Source: Patescibacteria group bacterium
GTDB taxonomy: Bacteria > Patescibacteriota > Minisyncoccia > Minisyncoccales > JAHCRE01
NCBI GenBank assembly: GCA_020148145.1
Contig: JAHCRE010000019.1
Location: forward strand, 1-52,535
DNA: 52,535 nt
Direction of reading: 5' to 3'
Program-made: the position numbers and the translations under genes
Part shown: one piece after another, positions 6,211 to 15,860 of the stretch
Layout of the letters: every line of letters starts with the position of its first letter
Position numbering within the stretch: position 1 is the stretch's first letter
The notes under the pieces: generated by a model
What the model saw: only the letters and a program-made list of their open reading frames with translations
What the model was told of the DNA's origin: nothing
The model's database searches: none

Positions 6211-7006
6211 AAATTTTGTCATTATTTTGGCTTTAATTCTAATAGTGGTTATTGGTTATTTTGTTTTTTTATGGCCAATAAAAGAGGGGCAAAAGCCAGA
6301 AGAAATTTCTAATATCATTGTTTTTAACCCAAAAGAGGGGGATGAGGTTGGATTACCTTTGAAGATCGAAGGTAAAGCAAGAGTTTTTGAAGGTACCGTT
6401 AATTTAAGGCTCAGAGAAAAAGAAGGTGGGATTTTAGTTGAAGATATTGTAACGGCCCAAAGTCCAGAAATTGGTCAGTTTGGGCCCTTTAAGAAAGAAT
6501 TAACTTATCCCCTACCAAAAACTAGAGAAGGGATCTTAGAGGTTTTTCAGATTTCAGCTAAAGATGGTTCAGAGATTGATAAAGTTATTATTCCTTTAAA
6601 ATTTAAGACAGTGGAATCTTTAACAGTAAAAGTATTTTTTGGAAATACTAAACAAGACCCCCAGGTCCTTTATTGTGATAGAGTCTACCCAGCTGAGAGA
6701 AGAATTGCCAAAACTCAGGCGCTGGCCCGAGCTGCCCTAGAAGAACTCTTAAAAGGACCAACAATTACTGAACAAAATCAAGGATTTTTCACCAGTATTA
6801 ACCCCGGTGTAAAAATCCAAAGTTTAACCATCGAAAATGGGGTAGCTAAAGTTGACTTTAATGAGAAATTAGAATATCGGGTTGGTGGTTCCTGTCGGGT
6901 AACAGCAATTCGAGCTCAGATTATTGAAACCCTTAAACAATTTCCAACAGTAGATAATGTCATAATTTCAATTAATGGCCAGGTTGAGGATATTTTACAA
7001 CCCTAA
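6203..7006 (+). CDS. Membrane-anchored Gmad2 Ig-like plus GerMN domain protein
   Basis: N-terminal TM anchor. PLKIEGKARVFEGTVNLRL is Gmad2-like. VKVFFGN..DRVYPAERRI..ALEELLKGPT..GVKIQSLTIENGVAKVDF is GerMN-like. The start overlaps the upstream gene by 8 nt. Confidence 0.65.
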   Translation: MNKNFVIILALILIVVIGYFVFLWPIKEGQKPEEISNIIVFNPKEGDEVGLPLKIEGKARVFEGTVNLRLREKEGGILVEDIVTAQSPEIGQFGPFKKELTYPLPKTREGILEVFQISAKDGSEIDKVIIPLKFKTVESLTVKVFFGNTKQDPQVLYCDRVYPAERRIAKTQALARAALEELLKGPTITEQNQGFFTSINPGVKIQSLTIENGVAKVDFNEKLEYRVGGSCRVTAIRAQIIETLKQFPTVDNVIISINGQVEDILQP

Positions 7007-7201
7007 ACTCTTGAGTTAAAATAAGGTATGGCCAAGAAACAAAAAACAATGAAAAATTTCCTGGTGGAACAAAAGCCCAGGCAATGCGTTTAAGAAAAGA
7101 GGGGCATAGTATTTTGCCAGGCAAGGGCAAAAAGCCACCAAAGGTAAAAGATTTTGAAAAATATCTACAGAAACTAAAAAAATTTAAATTAAGAAAAAAA
7201 T

Positions 7202-9193
7202 ATGCCAAAACAAATTAACAGTAAATTAGCAATAATTATTTCAATAACCCTATTTGTTATTGCTTCGGGTTATATGTATGTAATTTTTAAATACACTTCT
7301 ATTTCCTTTCCAACTTTTCCCGGCTTTCCTCGTATTCCTTTTCCGCCCTTTGTTTCTGAAATAGAAGGTGTTGAAAAATTTTCTTCAGAGGAAGATTTTA
7401 AGGTTTATTTACAGGAAGCTGAATTAGGATATTATGGTGGTTTTGTAGGGCTGGGAGGGGCAACAATGAGACCTCTTGTTGAGGAGGGACTTCCTGTGCC
7501 AACGGCTCCTCTTGAATTTGAAGCAAAAGGGGCAATACCAGAAAGGGTTTCAGAAACTACTGTCCAAGTTTTAGGGATTGATGAACCGGATATTGTCAAA
7601 ACAGATGGCAAAGAAATTTATTTTTCTTCGGGAGAAAGTTATTACTGGAGAGGATTTATGGAAGTAATCCCGCCAAAAATAATTGGGGAAACAAAAATAA
7701 TAAAGGCCTTTCCTCCAGCAGATTTGGCAATCGATGCCAAAATTGATAAAAAAGGAGATTTACTTTTAAAGGGAGATATTTTAGTGATTTTTTCTGGAGA
7801 AAAAATTTATGGCTACGATATTTCAGATCCTGAATCTCCAGAAAAGGAATGGACTATAGAACTGGAGGATAAAAATTATGTGGTTTCAGCCAGGCTTTAT
7901 AAAGATAAAATATACTTAATTACCAAAACAAAAATTGATACCTATCACCCTTGTCCAATTCGACCTTTGACTGTAGAGGGGGTTCCTTTAGAAATAAAGT
8001 GTATAGATATTTATCATCCTGTTCCCACAATTCCGGTAGATGTTACCTATAATGCCATAATTTTTAACCCAGATTCTGGAGAAATTGAAAATACCGTTTC
8101 TTTTGTCGGCTCTTCTGATTTATCTATAGTCTATATGTCAGAGGATGCGATTCATGTAACTTATTCTTATTACGCGAGCATTATCAAGTTTTTCTCTAAT
8201 TTTTTCAAAGAAAAGTGTAAAGATATAGTTCCAGATTGGCTTATTGAAAAGCTAGAAAAACTGGAGGGTTATGATATAAGTGATACGGCTAAACTTATGG
8301 AATTTCAGGTTGTTCTTGAGAGATATTTTAATTCTCTAAGCAGTGATGAAAGGCTGAGAATAGAAAATGAGTTTGAAAATAGAATGGGAGATTATCACAA
8401 AGCGCACAAAAGAGATTTCGAAACAACAGGAATAATAAAAATAGGATTAGATAAATTTGAGGTATCGGCAACCGGTAATGTTCCAGGTAGGCCTTTAAAT
8501 CAGTTTTCTTTAGATGAATACAATGATTTCCTCAGGGTAGCAACCACTGTTGGAGGAGGAGGGTTTTGGTGGGGAATTGGTGGAACAAGAGAAAGCGCCA
8601 ATGATATCTATATTTTAGATAAAGATTTGAAAAGGGTGGGTTCCCTTCAAGATTTAGGCCTAGAAGAAAGAATTTATTCTGTCAGATTTATAGAAGATAA
8701 AGGATATGTAGTAACTTTCAAACAAATTGACCCATTTTTTGTGCTAGATTTATCCAATCCTAAAAAACCCGAATTAAAAGGAGAACTAAAAATCCCTGGG
8801 TATTCTTCCTATTTGCACCCTATAACAAAAGATAAGATTTTAGGGATAGGGAAAGAAGGCTCTAAGGTAAAAATTTCTTTATTTGATGTAGCCCAGCCCC
8901 AAAAACCAACTGAAACAGATAAATATACCCTGGATGAGTACTGGTCAGATATATTAAATACTCACCATGCCTTCTTGCTGGATAAAAAACATCAGATCTT
9001 TTTCTTGCCCGGTTCCAGGGGCGGTTATGTATTTTCTTATAAAGGAAATCAGTTGGAGTTAACAAGGGCTGTAAGTAGTATAAGAGCAAGAAGGGCAGTC
9101 TATATAGAAGACTTGCTATATATAATCGGAGATGATAAAGTTGTTGTTTTGAATGAATTAAACTGGGAGAAAGTTAATGAAATAGAGTTTTAA
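7202..9193 (+). CDS. Secreted beta-propeller domain protein (COG4880/Beta_propel-like)
   Basis: N-terminal TM anchor. TTVQVLGIDEPDIVKTDGKEIYF, RVATTVGG, VRFIEDKGYVVTFKQIDPFFVLDLSNPKKPELKGELKIPGYSSYLHP. Confidence 0.7.
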   Translation: MPKQINSKLAIIISITLFVIASGYMYVIFKYTSISFPTFPGFPRIPFPPFVSEIEGVEKFSSEEDFKVYLQEAELGYYGGFVGLGGATMRPLVEEGLPVPTAPLEFEAKGAIPERVSETTVQVLGIDEPDIVKTDGKEIYFSSGESYYWRGFMEVIPPKIIGETKIIKAFPPADLAIDAKIDKKGDLLLKGDILVIFSGEKIYGYDISDPESPEKEWTIELEDKNYVVSARLYKDKIYLITKTKIDTYHPCPIRPLTVEGVPLEIKCIDIYHPVPTIPVDVTYNAIIFNPDSGEIENTVSFVGSSDLSIVYMSEDAIHVTYSYYASIIKFFSNFFKEKCKDIVPDWLIEKLEKLEGYDISDTAKLMEFQVVLERYFNSLSSDERLRIENEFENRMGDYHKAHKRDFETTGIIKIGLDKFEVSATGNVPGRPLNQFSLDEYNDFLRVATTVGGGGFWWGIGGTRESANDIYILDKDLKRVGSLQDLGLEERIYSVRFIEDKGYVVTFKQIDPFFVLDLSNPKKPELKGELKIPGYSSYLHPITKDKILGIGKEGSKVKISLFDVAQPQKPTETDKYTLDEYWSDILNTHHAFLLDKKHQIFFLPGSRGGYVFSYKGNQLELTRAVSSIRARRAVYIEDLLYIIGDDKVVVLNELNWEKVNEIEF

Positions 9194-9220
9194 TTTTCCA
9201 AGTAAGATGCGAATCAAAAA

Positions 9221-9242
9221 ATCGCCAGGAAGGCGATTTTTT
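9221..9242 (+). terminator. Rho-independent terminator
   Basis: ATCGCC-AGGAA-GGCGAT flanked by A and T runs. Confidence 0.7.
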
Positions 9243-9261
9243 GATAGAATAATAAAATGAT

Positions 9262-9471
9262 ATGGAGTGTAAAAAAGAACAAAACTTAAAAGATTGTCCC
9301 TGTACTTACCCTAATTGTCCCAGAAGGGGAATTTGTTGTGAATGTATAAAACATCACTGGGAAAAGAAAGAGCTTCCGGCCTGTTTTTTCTCAAAAGAAG
9401 CTGAAAAAACTTACGATCGCTCAATTGAGATGTTTATTAAAGACCAGCAGAAGAAATTGACAACGGAATAA
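9262..9471 (+). CDS. Small cysteine-rich protein (probable metal-binding)
   Basis: 69 aa with 8 Cys: CPCTYPNCPRRGICCECIKHHW..PACFF. Confidence 0.6.
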   Translation: MECKKEQNLKDCPCTYPNCPRRGICCECIKHHWEKKELPACFFSKEAEKTYDRSIEMFIKDQQKKLTTE

Positions 9472-9474
9472 CAG

Positions 9475-10233
9475 ATGAAAAAAAATGAAAAAAGAAAACT
9501 TTTTATTGGGATTGATCTTGGAGGAAAGAAAAAGAAAACAACTGGAATTTGTATTTTAGACTACAACCCACCCACCGCATCCTCCCATTTCTCGCTTCGC
9601 TCGAAATGGGCCCCTAAAAAAGGTAAAAATCTTATTTTTTTTGAAGATTACTGCCAAAAATGTCAGGATGTAGTGGGAGGACAGATCTTAAAGGTGATAA
9701 AACCTTATTTAAAAGATACAAAAGTGATTGCCATTGATGCACCCCTGACAAAAGGAAGAGGAAAAGGGGATATGCGACTTTATGAGAAATTTTTATCAAC
9801 TAAAATTTTTCGTCAAGAAAAAATAGCTCCAATCCCGCCGGCCCTGATGTCATCTTGGTGTTCTTTTGCTAGAGAAATCAAAAGAAAACTTGAAAAGAAA
9901 GGGTTTGTTTTAGATTTAAATTTGATTGAGGTATTTCCAACTCTTGTTAAAAAAATTTCTCAAGAAAATCTTTTTTTAAAATTTTTTCCAAAAGGGTTTA
10001 AAAAATTCCCCTGTAAAACAGAAAATCAAAAATCAGCTTTAATTTGTGCTATTTTGGCTTTTTTACATTTTAATTTCAAAACCCGCTATTTAGGTTATAA
10101 AGATGGATTCTTATTTTTACCAGAAATGTCTTTTTGGAAGAAAGAATGGCGTCAAAAATTTTACCAAGCCTGGATGGAGCGCTCTCGATTAAAATATAAA
10201 TATTTAATTACAAATATTTTTGATAAAAAATAA
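9475..10233 (+). CDS. DUF429-like (RNase H-fold) protein, tentative
   Basis: FIGIDLGGKKKKTTGICIL and VIAIDAPL motifs. Carries a GC-rich hairpin patch at 9567-9615. Confidence 0.4.
   Translation: MKKNEKRKLFIGIDLGGKKKKTTGICILDYNPPTASSHFSLRSKWAPKKGKNLIFFEDYCQKCQDVVGGQILKVIKPYLKDTKVIAIDAPLTKGRGKGDMRLYEKFLSTKIFRQEKIAPIPPALMSSWCSFAREIKRKLEKKGFVLDLNLIEVFPTLVKKISQENLFLKFFPKGFKKFPCKTENQKSALICAILAFLHFNFKTRYLGYKDGFLFLPEMSFWKKEWRQKFYQAWMERSRLKYKYLITNIFDKK
9567..9615. repeat. GC-rich hairpin element inside a CDS
   Basis: CCCACCCACCGCATCCTCCCATTTCTCGCTTCGCTCGAAATGGGCCCC. Stem CCCATTTC/GAAATGGG (9584-9591 with 9603-9610). The loop carries the TCGCTTCGCTC motif seen in other copies. Confidence 0.55.
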
Positions 10234-10467
10234 ATGAGAAGATATTTAAAACTTACCTTAGTTATCATTCTCGGACTTTTAGTGGGGCTGATTATCCACG
10301 GGGTTTTGGAAATTCTCGCTATCTGGATTCTAACGACCTGGTTAAATGATTTCTTTTTGAAGGTTTCTTGGTCAGCCTGGTTCTGGATTCATCTAATTTT
10401 CACAGTTATTATTGAAATTCTGGGAGTAATTTTAGTTTTTAAGATCTACAAAAAATATGAAAAATAG
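10234..10467 (+). CDS. Small membrane protein (77 aa)
   Basis: Two to three hydrophobic helices. The start abuts the upstream stop (TAAATG). Confidence 0.55.
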   Translation: MRRYLKLTLVIILGLLVGLIIHGVLEILAIWILTTWLNDFFLKVSWSAWFWIHLIFTVIIEILGVILVFKIYKKYEK

Positions 10468-10495
10468 ATAATAATTCCCTTGAACAAATTCTTCT

Positions 10496-11488
10496 ATGGA
10501 AATAGAAAAATTGAAGAAAATTTTAAAAGAAGGGAAAGAGCCAAGATATCGATTTTCTCAGATTTATCAGGCGATTTTTCGAGACCTAATTTTTGATTTT
10601 GGGAAAATGACTAATCTATCAAAAAAAATAAGAGAGAGATTAAAAAAAGAAATCAAAATCTTATCTTTAGAACCTTTAAAACTCAAAAAAGATAAAGACA
10701 CACAAAAAGCTCTTTTTTTACTTTCTGACGGAGTTTCGATTGAGACGGTTTTAATGAAACACAAAGATGGTCACAAAACAGTTTGCGTTTCTTCAGCTGC
10801 CGGCTGCCCTTTAGAATGCCGATTTTGCGCCACCGGAAAGATGGGATTTAAAAGGAATTTGAATTGGCAGGAAATTTTAGACCAGGTTTTGTTTTTTGCC
10901 AAAAAAGAAAAAACAAGAAAGTTAAATGTTGTTTTTATGGGAATGGGAGAACCATTTTTAAATTATGAAAATGTTTTGAAAGCCATTCGGTTTTTAAATG
11001 ACAAAAAAGGCTTTAATTTAAGACAAAGGGCAATTTCTATTTCCACGGCTGGGATTATTCCAGGGATTAAGAGATTTCAAAAAGAAAAATTAGAAGTCAA
11101 CTTAGCCATTTCCCTTCATAGCCCGGATGATAAGGTCCGTTCTTTTTTAATGCCAATTAACAAAACTTATCCTTTAAAAGATTTAATTTTGGCTGCCAGA
11201 AATTATGTTAAAACTACTAGGAGAAAACTATTCTTTGAATATTTGATGCTAAAAGGGATTAACGACAGTATATCTTTTGCCCAGAAATTAGTTAAACTTT
11301 TAAAGGGAGAGTCTCTTTTTCATATAAATCTAATTAAATATCATGAAACTCAAACTGATTTTTTGAGTTCAGATAAAAAAACTATTTTTCGTTTTCAAAA
11401 AGAACTTCAAAAACACAATTTAAAAGTAACTATTCGTCACAGTTTTGGAGAAAAAATTGAGGCTGCCTGCGGACAATTGGCAACTTAG
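10496..11488 (+). CDS. rlmN: 23S rRNA/tRNA adenine-C2 methyltransferase RlmN (radical SAM)
   Basis: RYRFSQIYQAIF N-terminus, CPLECRFCATG cluster motif, MGMGEPFLNYENV, C-terminal AACGQL. Confidence 0.85.
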   Translation: MEIEKLKKILKEGKEPRYRFSQIYQAIFRDLIFDFGKMTNLSKKIRERLKKEIKILSLEPLKLKKDKDTQKALFLLSDGVSIETVLMKHKDGHKTVCVSSAAGCPLECRFCATGKMGFKRNLNWQEILDQVLFFAKKEKTRKLNVVFMGMGEPFLNYENVLKAIRFLNDKKGFNLRQRAISISTAGIIPGIKRFQKEKLEVNLAISLHSPDDKVRSFLMPINKTYPLKDLILAARNYVKTTRRKLFFEYLMLKGINDSISFAQKLVKLLKGESLFHINLIKYHETQTDFLSSDKKTIFRFQKELQKHNLKVTIRHSFGEKIEAACGQLAT

Positions 11489-11584
11489 ACGAAAAATTAT
11501 TGTTAAAATCGTTAAAGAAAGTGGCCAAATGCCATTTTTTAGTCTTTATTTTTGGGAAAATAAATGATATAAAAAATTGTAATT

Positions 11585-12832
11585 ATGAGATTTATTGCCG
11601 ATTTTCATTTACATTCAAAGTATTCAAGAGCAACTTCAAAAAATATGAATTTGGAGAATTTGGATAAATGGGCAAAGATTAAAGGAATTAAAGTTTTGGG
11701 AACAGGAGATTTTACCCATCCTATCTGGCTAAAAGAATTAAAAGAAAAGTTAGAACCCGCTGCCCAGGACTTGTATAAATTAAAAAATGGAGATTCGGAA
11801 ACTTATTTTATTTTAACTGCTGAAATTAGTTGTATTTATTCCAAAAGCGGTAAGGTTCGGAAAATTCATATTATAATTTTCGCTCCTTCTTTTGAGATCG
11901 TTGAAAAAATTAATGCCCATCTGGGTTGGATTGGAAATTTAAAAGCCGACGGAAGACCAATTTTAGGATTAGACGCCAAGGAATTAGCTAAAATTGTTTT
12001 AGACGTTTCTGAGGATTGTTTAATTGTTCCCGCTCATATCTGGACACCTTGGTTTAGTCTATTTGGTTCCAAATCCGGCTTTGATTCTATCGAAGAATGC
12101 TTTGAAGAATATTCAAAATATATTTTCGCTGGGGAAACGGGCTTATCCAGCAATCCTCTAATGAACTGGAGACTCTCGGCTTTGGATAAAATAACTTTAA
12201 TAAGTAACTCAGATGCCCATAGCCCTCAAAAAATAGGCCGAGAGGCAAATGTTTTCGATATTGAAATCAGTTATCCAAAAATTTTAGAAGCAATAAAAAC
12301 AAAAGACTCTCAAAAATTTCTTTACACAGTTGAATTTTTTCCTCAGGAAGGAAAATACCATTACGATGGTCATAGGAACTGCGGAATTAACGTAAGTCCC
12401 CAGGAGTCAAAAAAATATGGAAATATATGTCCTGTTTGTGGAAGACTTTTAACTATTGGGGTTTTAAATAGGGTGGAGAATTTGGCAGATAGACCAAACG
12501 GTTTTAAGCCAGAAGGAGCAATTTCGTTTAAAAGCCTTGTTCCTTTGGAGGAAATAATTGCCGATGCCTTAAACCTAACGAGCGGTACAAAAAGAGTAGC
12601 TATAGAATATAAAAATTTAATAAAGAAATTCGGAAATGAATTTAAGGTTTTACTCGAAATCCCTTATCGAGAATTAGAAACAGCCACCTTGTCAGAAATT
12701 GCCGAAGGCATTATAAGAGTAAGAGAGGGAAAGGTGAATATTACACCTGGTTTCGATGGGGTTTATGGGAAAATAAGAATTTTCTCTCAAGAAGAAAAAA
12801 AGGGTTTGTCCAAGCAGGGAACATTATTTTAA
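11585..12832 (+). CDS. Endonuclease Q (PHP-domain endonuclease cutting 5' of deaminated or abasic bases)
   Basis: DFHLHSKYSRATS, GTGDFTHP, PAHIWTPWFSLF, SNSDAHSPQKIGREAN, EGKYHYDGHRNC, Zn-finger CPVCGRLLTIGVLNRV, C-terminal PGFDGVYGKIRIF. Collinear with the Pyrococcus EndoQ I remember. Confidence 0.85.
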   Translation: MRFIADFHLHSKYSRATSKNMNLENLDKWAKIKGIKVLGTGDFTHPIWLKELKEKLEPAAQDLYKLKNGDSETYFILTAEISCIYSKSGKVRKIHIIIFAPSFEIVEKINAHLGWIGNLKADGRPILGLDAKELAKIVLDVSEDCLIVPAHIWTPWFSLFGSKSGFDSIEECFEEYSKYIFAGETGLSSNPLMNWRLSALDKITLISNSDAHSPQKIGREANVFDIEISYPKILEAIKTKDSQKFLYTVEFFPQEGKYHYDGHRNCGINVSPQESKKYGNICPVCGRLLTIGVLNRVENLADRPNGFKPEGAISFKSLVPLEEIIADALNLTSGTKRVAIEYKNLIKKFGNEFKVLLEIPYRELETATLSEIAEGIIRVREGKVNITPGFDGVYGKIRIFSQEEKKGLSKQGTLF

Positions 12833-12834
12833 AA

Positions 12835-13749
12835 ATGATAAAAAAAACTAAAATTGGAATCCCGAGAGCACTATTTTATTGGAAAAAACCTTATTTTTGG
12901 GAGAGTTTTTTTGAAAATTTAGGATTAGAAGTTATTTTGTCTCCAGAAACTAATAAAGAAATTGTTGAAAAAGGAGTAGGGGCGGCTGATCCCGAGGCCT
13001 GCTTTGCCACCAAGGTTTTTTTTGGCCATATCTTGTTCTTGGAAGGAAAAGTAGATTATATTTTTGTTCCACGACTGAAAACAAATGAGGAAAAACTGGA
13101 ATACTGTCCAAAATTTTTTGGAATCCCAGAATTGGCTCAAATTTTAGTTAAGACCAGAATTTTAACTGAAACTTTTGATGAAAGAAAAAGGGAATTTAAA
13201 ACGGACCTCAAGAAGCTAGGAGAAAAATTGAATAAAGACCCAGTAATAATAGAAAAGGCAATAAAGGCTGCCTTTTTAAAAGAAAAAGAGTTAGAGGAAA
13301 GGCAAAAAAAAGATTTTTTTAAAAAAATAAAATCTAAAAAACAAAAAGTGGTTTTAATTTCTCATCCCTACAACTTATATGACGATTATGTTAATGTTGG
13401 AATAAAAAAGAAATTAGAGAAATTAGACACTGAAGTAATCTTCATAAATGAAATCTCAATCAAAAATCAGAAAGGAGAAGGCGAAAATCAAAAAGTAGAT
13501 TATCCGGATTTTCATTGGGAATTTGGCAAAGAAATGATGGAAAAAATTCAAGAGATTTTGAAATATCCTATTTCTGGGGCTATTGAGATTTCCTCTTTTT
13601 TATGTGGCTGCGATGCGGTATTAAAAGAGTTTGTAGAAAAAGTATTTAAGCAAAATAAAGTCCCATTTTTATATTTAATAATTGATGAGCAAACGGCAGA
13701 CGCCGGAGTCCAAACAAGATTAGAAGCATTTATCGATACAATAAAATAA
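12835..13749 (+). CDS. Acyl-CoA dehydratase/benzoyl-CoA reductase-like subunit (HGD-D/DUF2229 family)
   Basis: Conserved Cys contexts (PEACFATKVFFG, CPKFFG, FLCGCDAV) and the C-terminal VPFLYLIIDEQTADAGVQTRLEAFID signature. Confidence 0.6.
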   Translation: MIKKTKIGIPRALFYWKKPYFWESFFENLGLEVILSPETNKEIVEKGVGAADPEACFATKVFFGHILFLEGKVDYIFVPRLKTNEEKLEYCPKFFGIPELAQILVKTRILTETFDERKREFKTDLKKLGEKLNKDPVIIEKAIKAAFLKEKELEERQKKDFFKKIKSKKQKVVLISHPYNLYDDYVNVGIKKKLEKLDTEVIFINEISIKNQKGEGENQKVDYPDFHWEFGKEMMEKIQEILKYPISGAIEISSFLCGCDAVLKEFVEKVFKQNKVPFLYLIIDEQTADAGVQTRLEAFIDTIK

Positions 13750-13783
13750 TCTGTGTAAATCAGCGTTTCACAAAGTGAAAAAT

Positions 13784-14845
13784 ATGAAAATAACTTTTGC
13801 CTATTGGGGGAATTATACTATTGCTTTTAAGGCCCTATTCCAAAAATTAGGGTTAGATATTGTTCCCCCAGAAAAAACTAATCCAAGAACAATCGAAGAA
13901 GGAGCAAAAATCTCTCCTGAAATGTATTGTTTTCCATTAAAAATAAATGTTGGGAATTATTTATCAGCCATAAAAAAAGGAGCTGATACTATTTTTATGG
14001 TGACCAGTCTCAGTGGTTCCTGTCGGCTGAGATATTATGGAATAATCGAAGAGAAGGTCTTATCAGAAATGGGTCACGATATTAAACTTATTAATTTCGA
14101 CCAAACTCCAAAAGATATTTATTTAAAAATAAAAAAAATTTCTGGAGCTTCTTTCTGGCAAATAATGAATGCGGCTTGGTTTTTCTTTGAAAAATTAAGG
14201 TTAATCGAGAATTTAGAAAAAAAGGCGAATTATCTCAGACCAAGAGAAAGAGAAAAAGGGAAAACCGATGAAACTCTAATCCGGGCCTTTTTAGATCTGG
14301 ATAAAATAAGCACTAAAAGAGAATTAGCCAAATTTAAAAAAGAAATTCAACGGAAAATTTCAGAAATTGAGATTGATAAAGACAAAAGTGTTCCAAAAGT
14401 AGGCTTAATAGGAGAAATATTTACAGTAACTGATGGAGCAGTAAATTTTGGAATTGAAGAAAAATTAGGGAGAGAAGGAATTGAAGTCCATCGAGAAATG
14501 GATATCACCTATCATTTAAAAAAGAGGGTTTTCCCCTGGAAAGATTGGTTGATTCAAAGAAAGATAAATCCCTATTTAAAATCAACAGTGGGAGGACACG
14601 GCCGTGATGCAATTTACGAGATGTTAGAATATGTTAAAAAAGACTTTGACGGAGTGGTTCACCTTCTACCTTTCGGATGCATGCCCGAAACCACTGTCAG
14701 GCCTATCTTACAGAAAATTCATTTAAAAAAAGGAATTCCTTTTTTATCTCTATCTTTAGACGAACAGGTAGCAGAAGCCGGAATTAATACCAGAATTGAG
14801 GCTTTTGTAGATGTAGTAAAAAATTATCACAACAAAAAAATATGA
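13784..14845 (+). CDS. Acyl-CoA dehydratase/benzoyl-CoA reductase-like subunit (HGD-D/DUF2229 family), second paralogue
   Basis: PEMYCFPLKINVG, GSCRLRYYG, LLPFGCMPETT, IPFLSLSLDEQVAEAGINTRIEAFVD. I prefer ATG 13784 to the GTG at 13775. Confidence 0.6.
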   Translation: MKITFAYWGNYTIAFKALFQKLGLDIVPPEKTNPRTIEEGAKISPEMYCFPLKINVGNYLSAIKKGADTIFMVTSLSGSCRLRYYGIIEEKVLSEMGHDIKLINFDQTPKDIYLKIKKISGASFWQIMNAAWFFFEKLRLIENLEKKANYLRPREREKGKTDETLIRAFLDLDKISTKRELAKFKKEIQRKISEIEIDKDKSVPKVGLIGEIFTVTDGAVNFGIEEKLGREGIEVHREMDITYHLKKRVFPWKDWLIQRKINPYLKSTVGGHGRDAIYEMLEYVKKDFDGVVHLLPFGCMPETTVRPILQKIHLKKGIPFLSLSLDEQVAEAGINTRIEAFVDVVKNYHNKKI

Positions 14846-15798
14846 AAACTTATTTAGGTATTGATGTCGGCTCCATTACAACTAAGTTGGTTTTAATTGA
14901 TGGGAAAAATGATATCCTTTCCTCTCTTTATTTTAGGACAGAGGGGAATCCAATTTGGGCTGTTCAAGAAGGGCTCAAGGAATTAAAAAAAGCTGTTCCA
15001 AAAGATATTAAAATTACTGGGGTAGGAACAACCGGATCAGCCAGACATTTGGCCGGAGTAATTACAGGGGCAGATTTAATAAAAAACGAAATTACTGCCC
15101 ATGCTATTGGAACAAGTTTTTTTGTCCCTGATGTTAGAACAATAATAGAAATTGGAGGTCAAGATTCAAAAATTATAATTTTAGAAGATAAAGTGGCAGT
15201 TGATTTTGCTATGAACTTACTCTGCGCCGCCGGAACAGGAGCCTTCCTTGACGCTCAGGCTTTTAGATTAAGGATTCCGGTAGAAAAATTCGGAGAACTT
15301 GCCTTGAAGTCAAAAAGCCCAACAGCGATTGGCAGCCGATGTACAATTTTTGCCGAGTCAGACATGATTCATAAGCAACAAATTGGTCACAAAACCGAAG
15401 ATATTGTTGCTGGTCTTTGCCAAGGTCTTGTTCGAAATTTTCTATCCAATGTTGCCAAGGGGAAAAATATAAAACCACCGATTGTTTTTTTAGGGGGAGT
15501 TTCTGAAAATGTGGGAATGAGAAAGGCCTTTGAAAAAGCCTTAAATCAAAAAATTATTGTTCCAAGATATAACACAGTAATGGGCGCCTTTGGGGTAGCT
15601 CTTTTAGTAAAAGAGTTGGCTCTTCAAAAGAGTAAATTCTTTGGTTTTGAAATTTCTAATAAAGATATTAAATGCACTTCTTTTCAATGCGGGGGTTGTC
15701 CTAATCAATGTGAAGTAATTGAGGCCAGAATCGAGGGGAAAGTAGTTTCGAGGTGGGGAGACAGATGCGGAAAATGGTCAGGGCTCAATCTAAAATAA
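14842..15798 (+). CDS. BadF/BadG/BcrA/BcrD-type ATPase (CoA-substrate-specific enzyme activase)
   Basis: YLGIDVGSITTKLVLID, GVGTTGSARH, EIGGQDSK, CAAGTGAFLD, plus a C-terminal Cys cluster CTSFQCGGCPNQCEV. 4-nt overlap with the upstream gene. Confidence 0.8.
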   Translation: MKTYLGIDVGSITTKLVLIDGKNDILSSLYFRTEGNPIWAVQEGLKELKKAVPKDIKITGVGTTGSARHLAGVITGADLIKNEITAHAIGTSFFVPDVRTIIEIGGQDSKIIILEDKVAVDFAMNLLCAAGTGAFLDAQAFRLRIPVEKFGELALKSKSPTAIGSRCTIFAESDMIHKQQIGHKTEDIVAGLCQGLVRNFLSNVAKGKNIKPPIVFLGGVSENVGMRKAFEKALNQKIIVPRYNTVMGAFGVALLVKELALQKSKFFGFEISNKDIKCTSFQCGGCPNQCEVIEARIEGKVVSRWGDRCGKWSGLNLK

Positions 15799-15860
15799 AT
15801 TTTATTAATTTCAAAAATCCCTGCTTTTTATTTAATATAAAAACACAAGTGAAAATTTCT

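Noticed and set aside
7084-7218. 44-codon basic ORF (MRLRKEGHSILPGKGKKPPKVKDFEKYLQKLKKFKLRKKYAKTN) in the gap before the beta-propeller gene
   Set aside because: There is no recognisable motif, promoter or RBS support. It overlaps the downstream start, and its lysine-rich composition is expected by chance in A-rich DNA. It is not reported as a gene.
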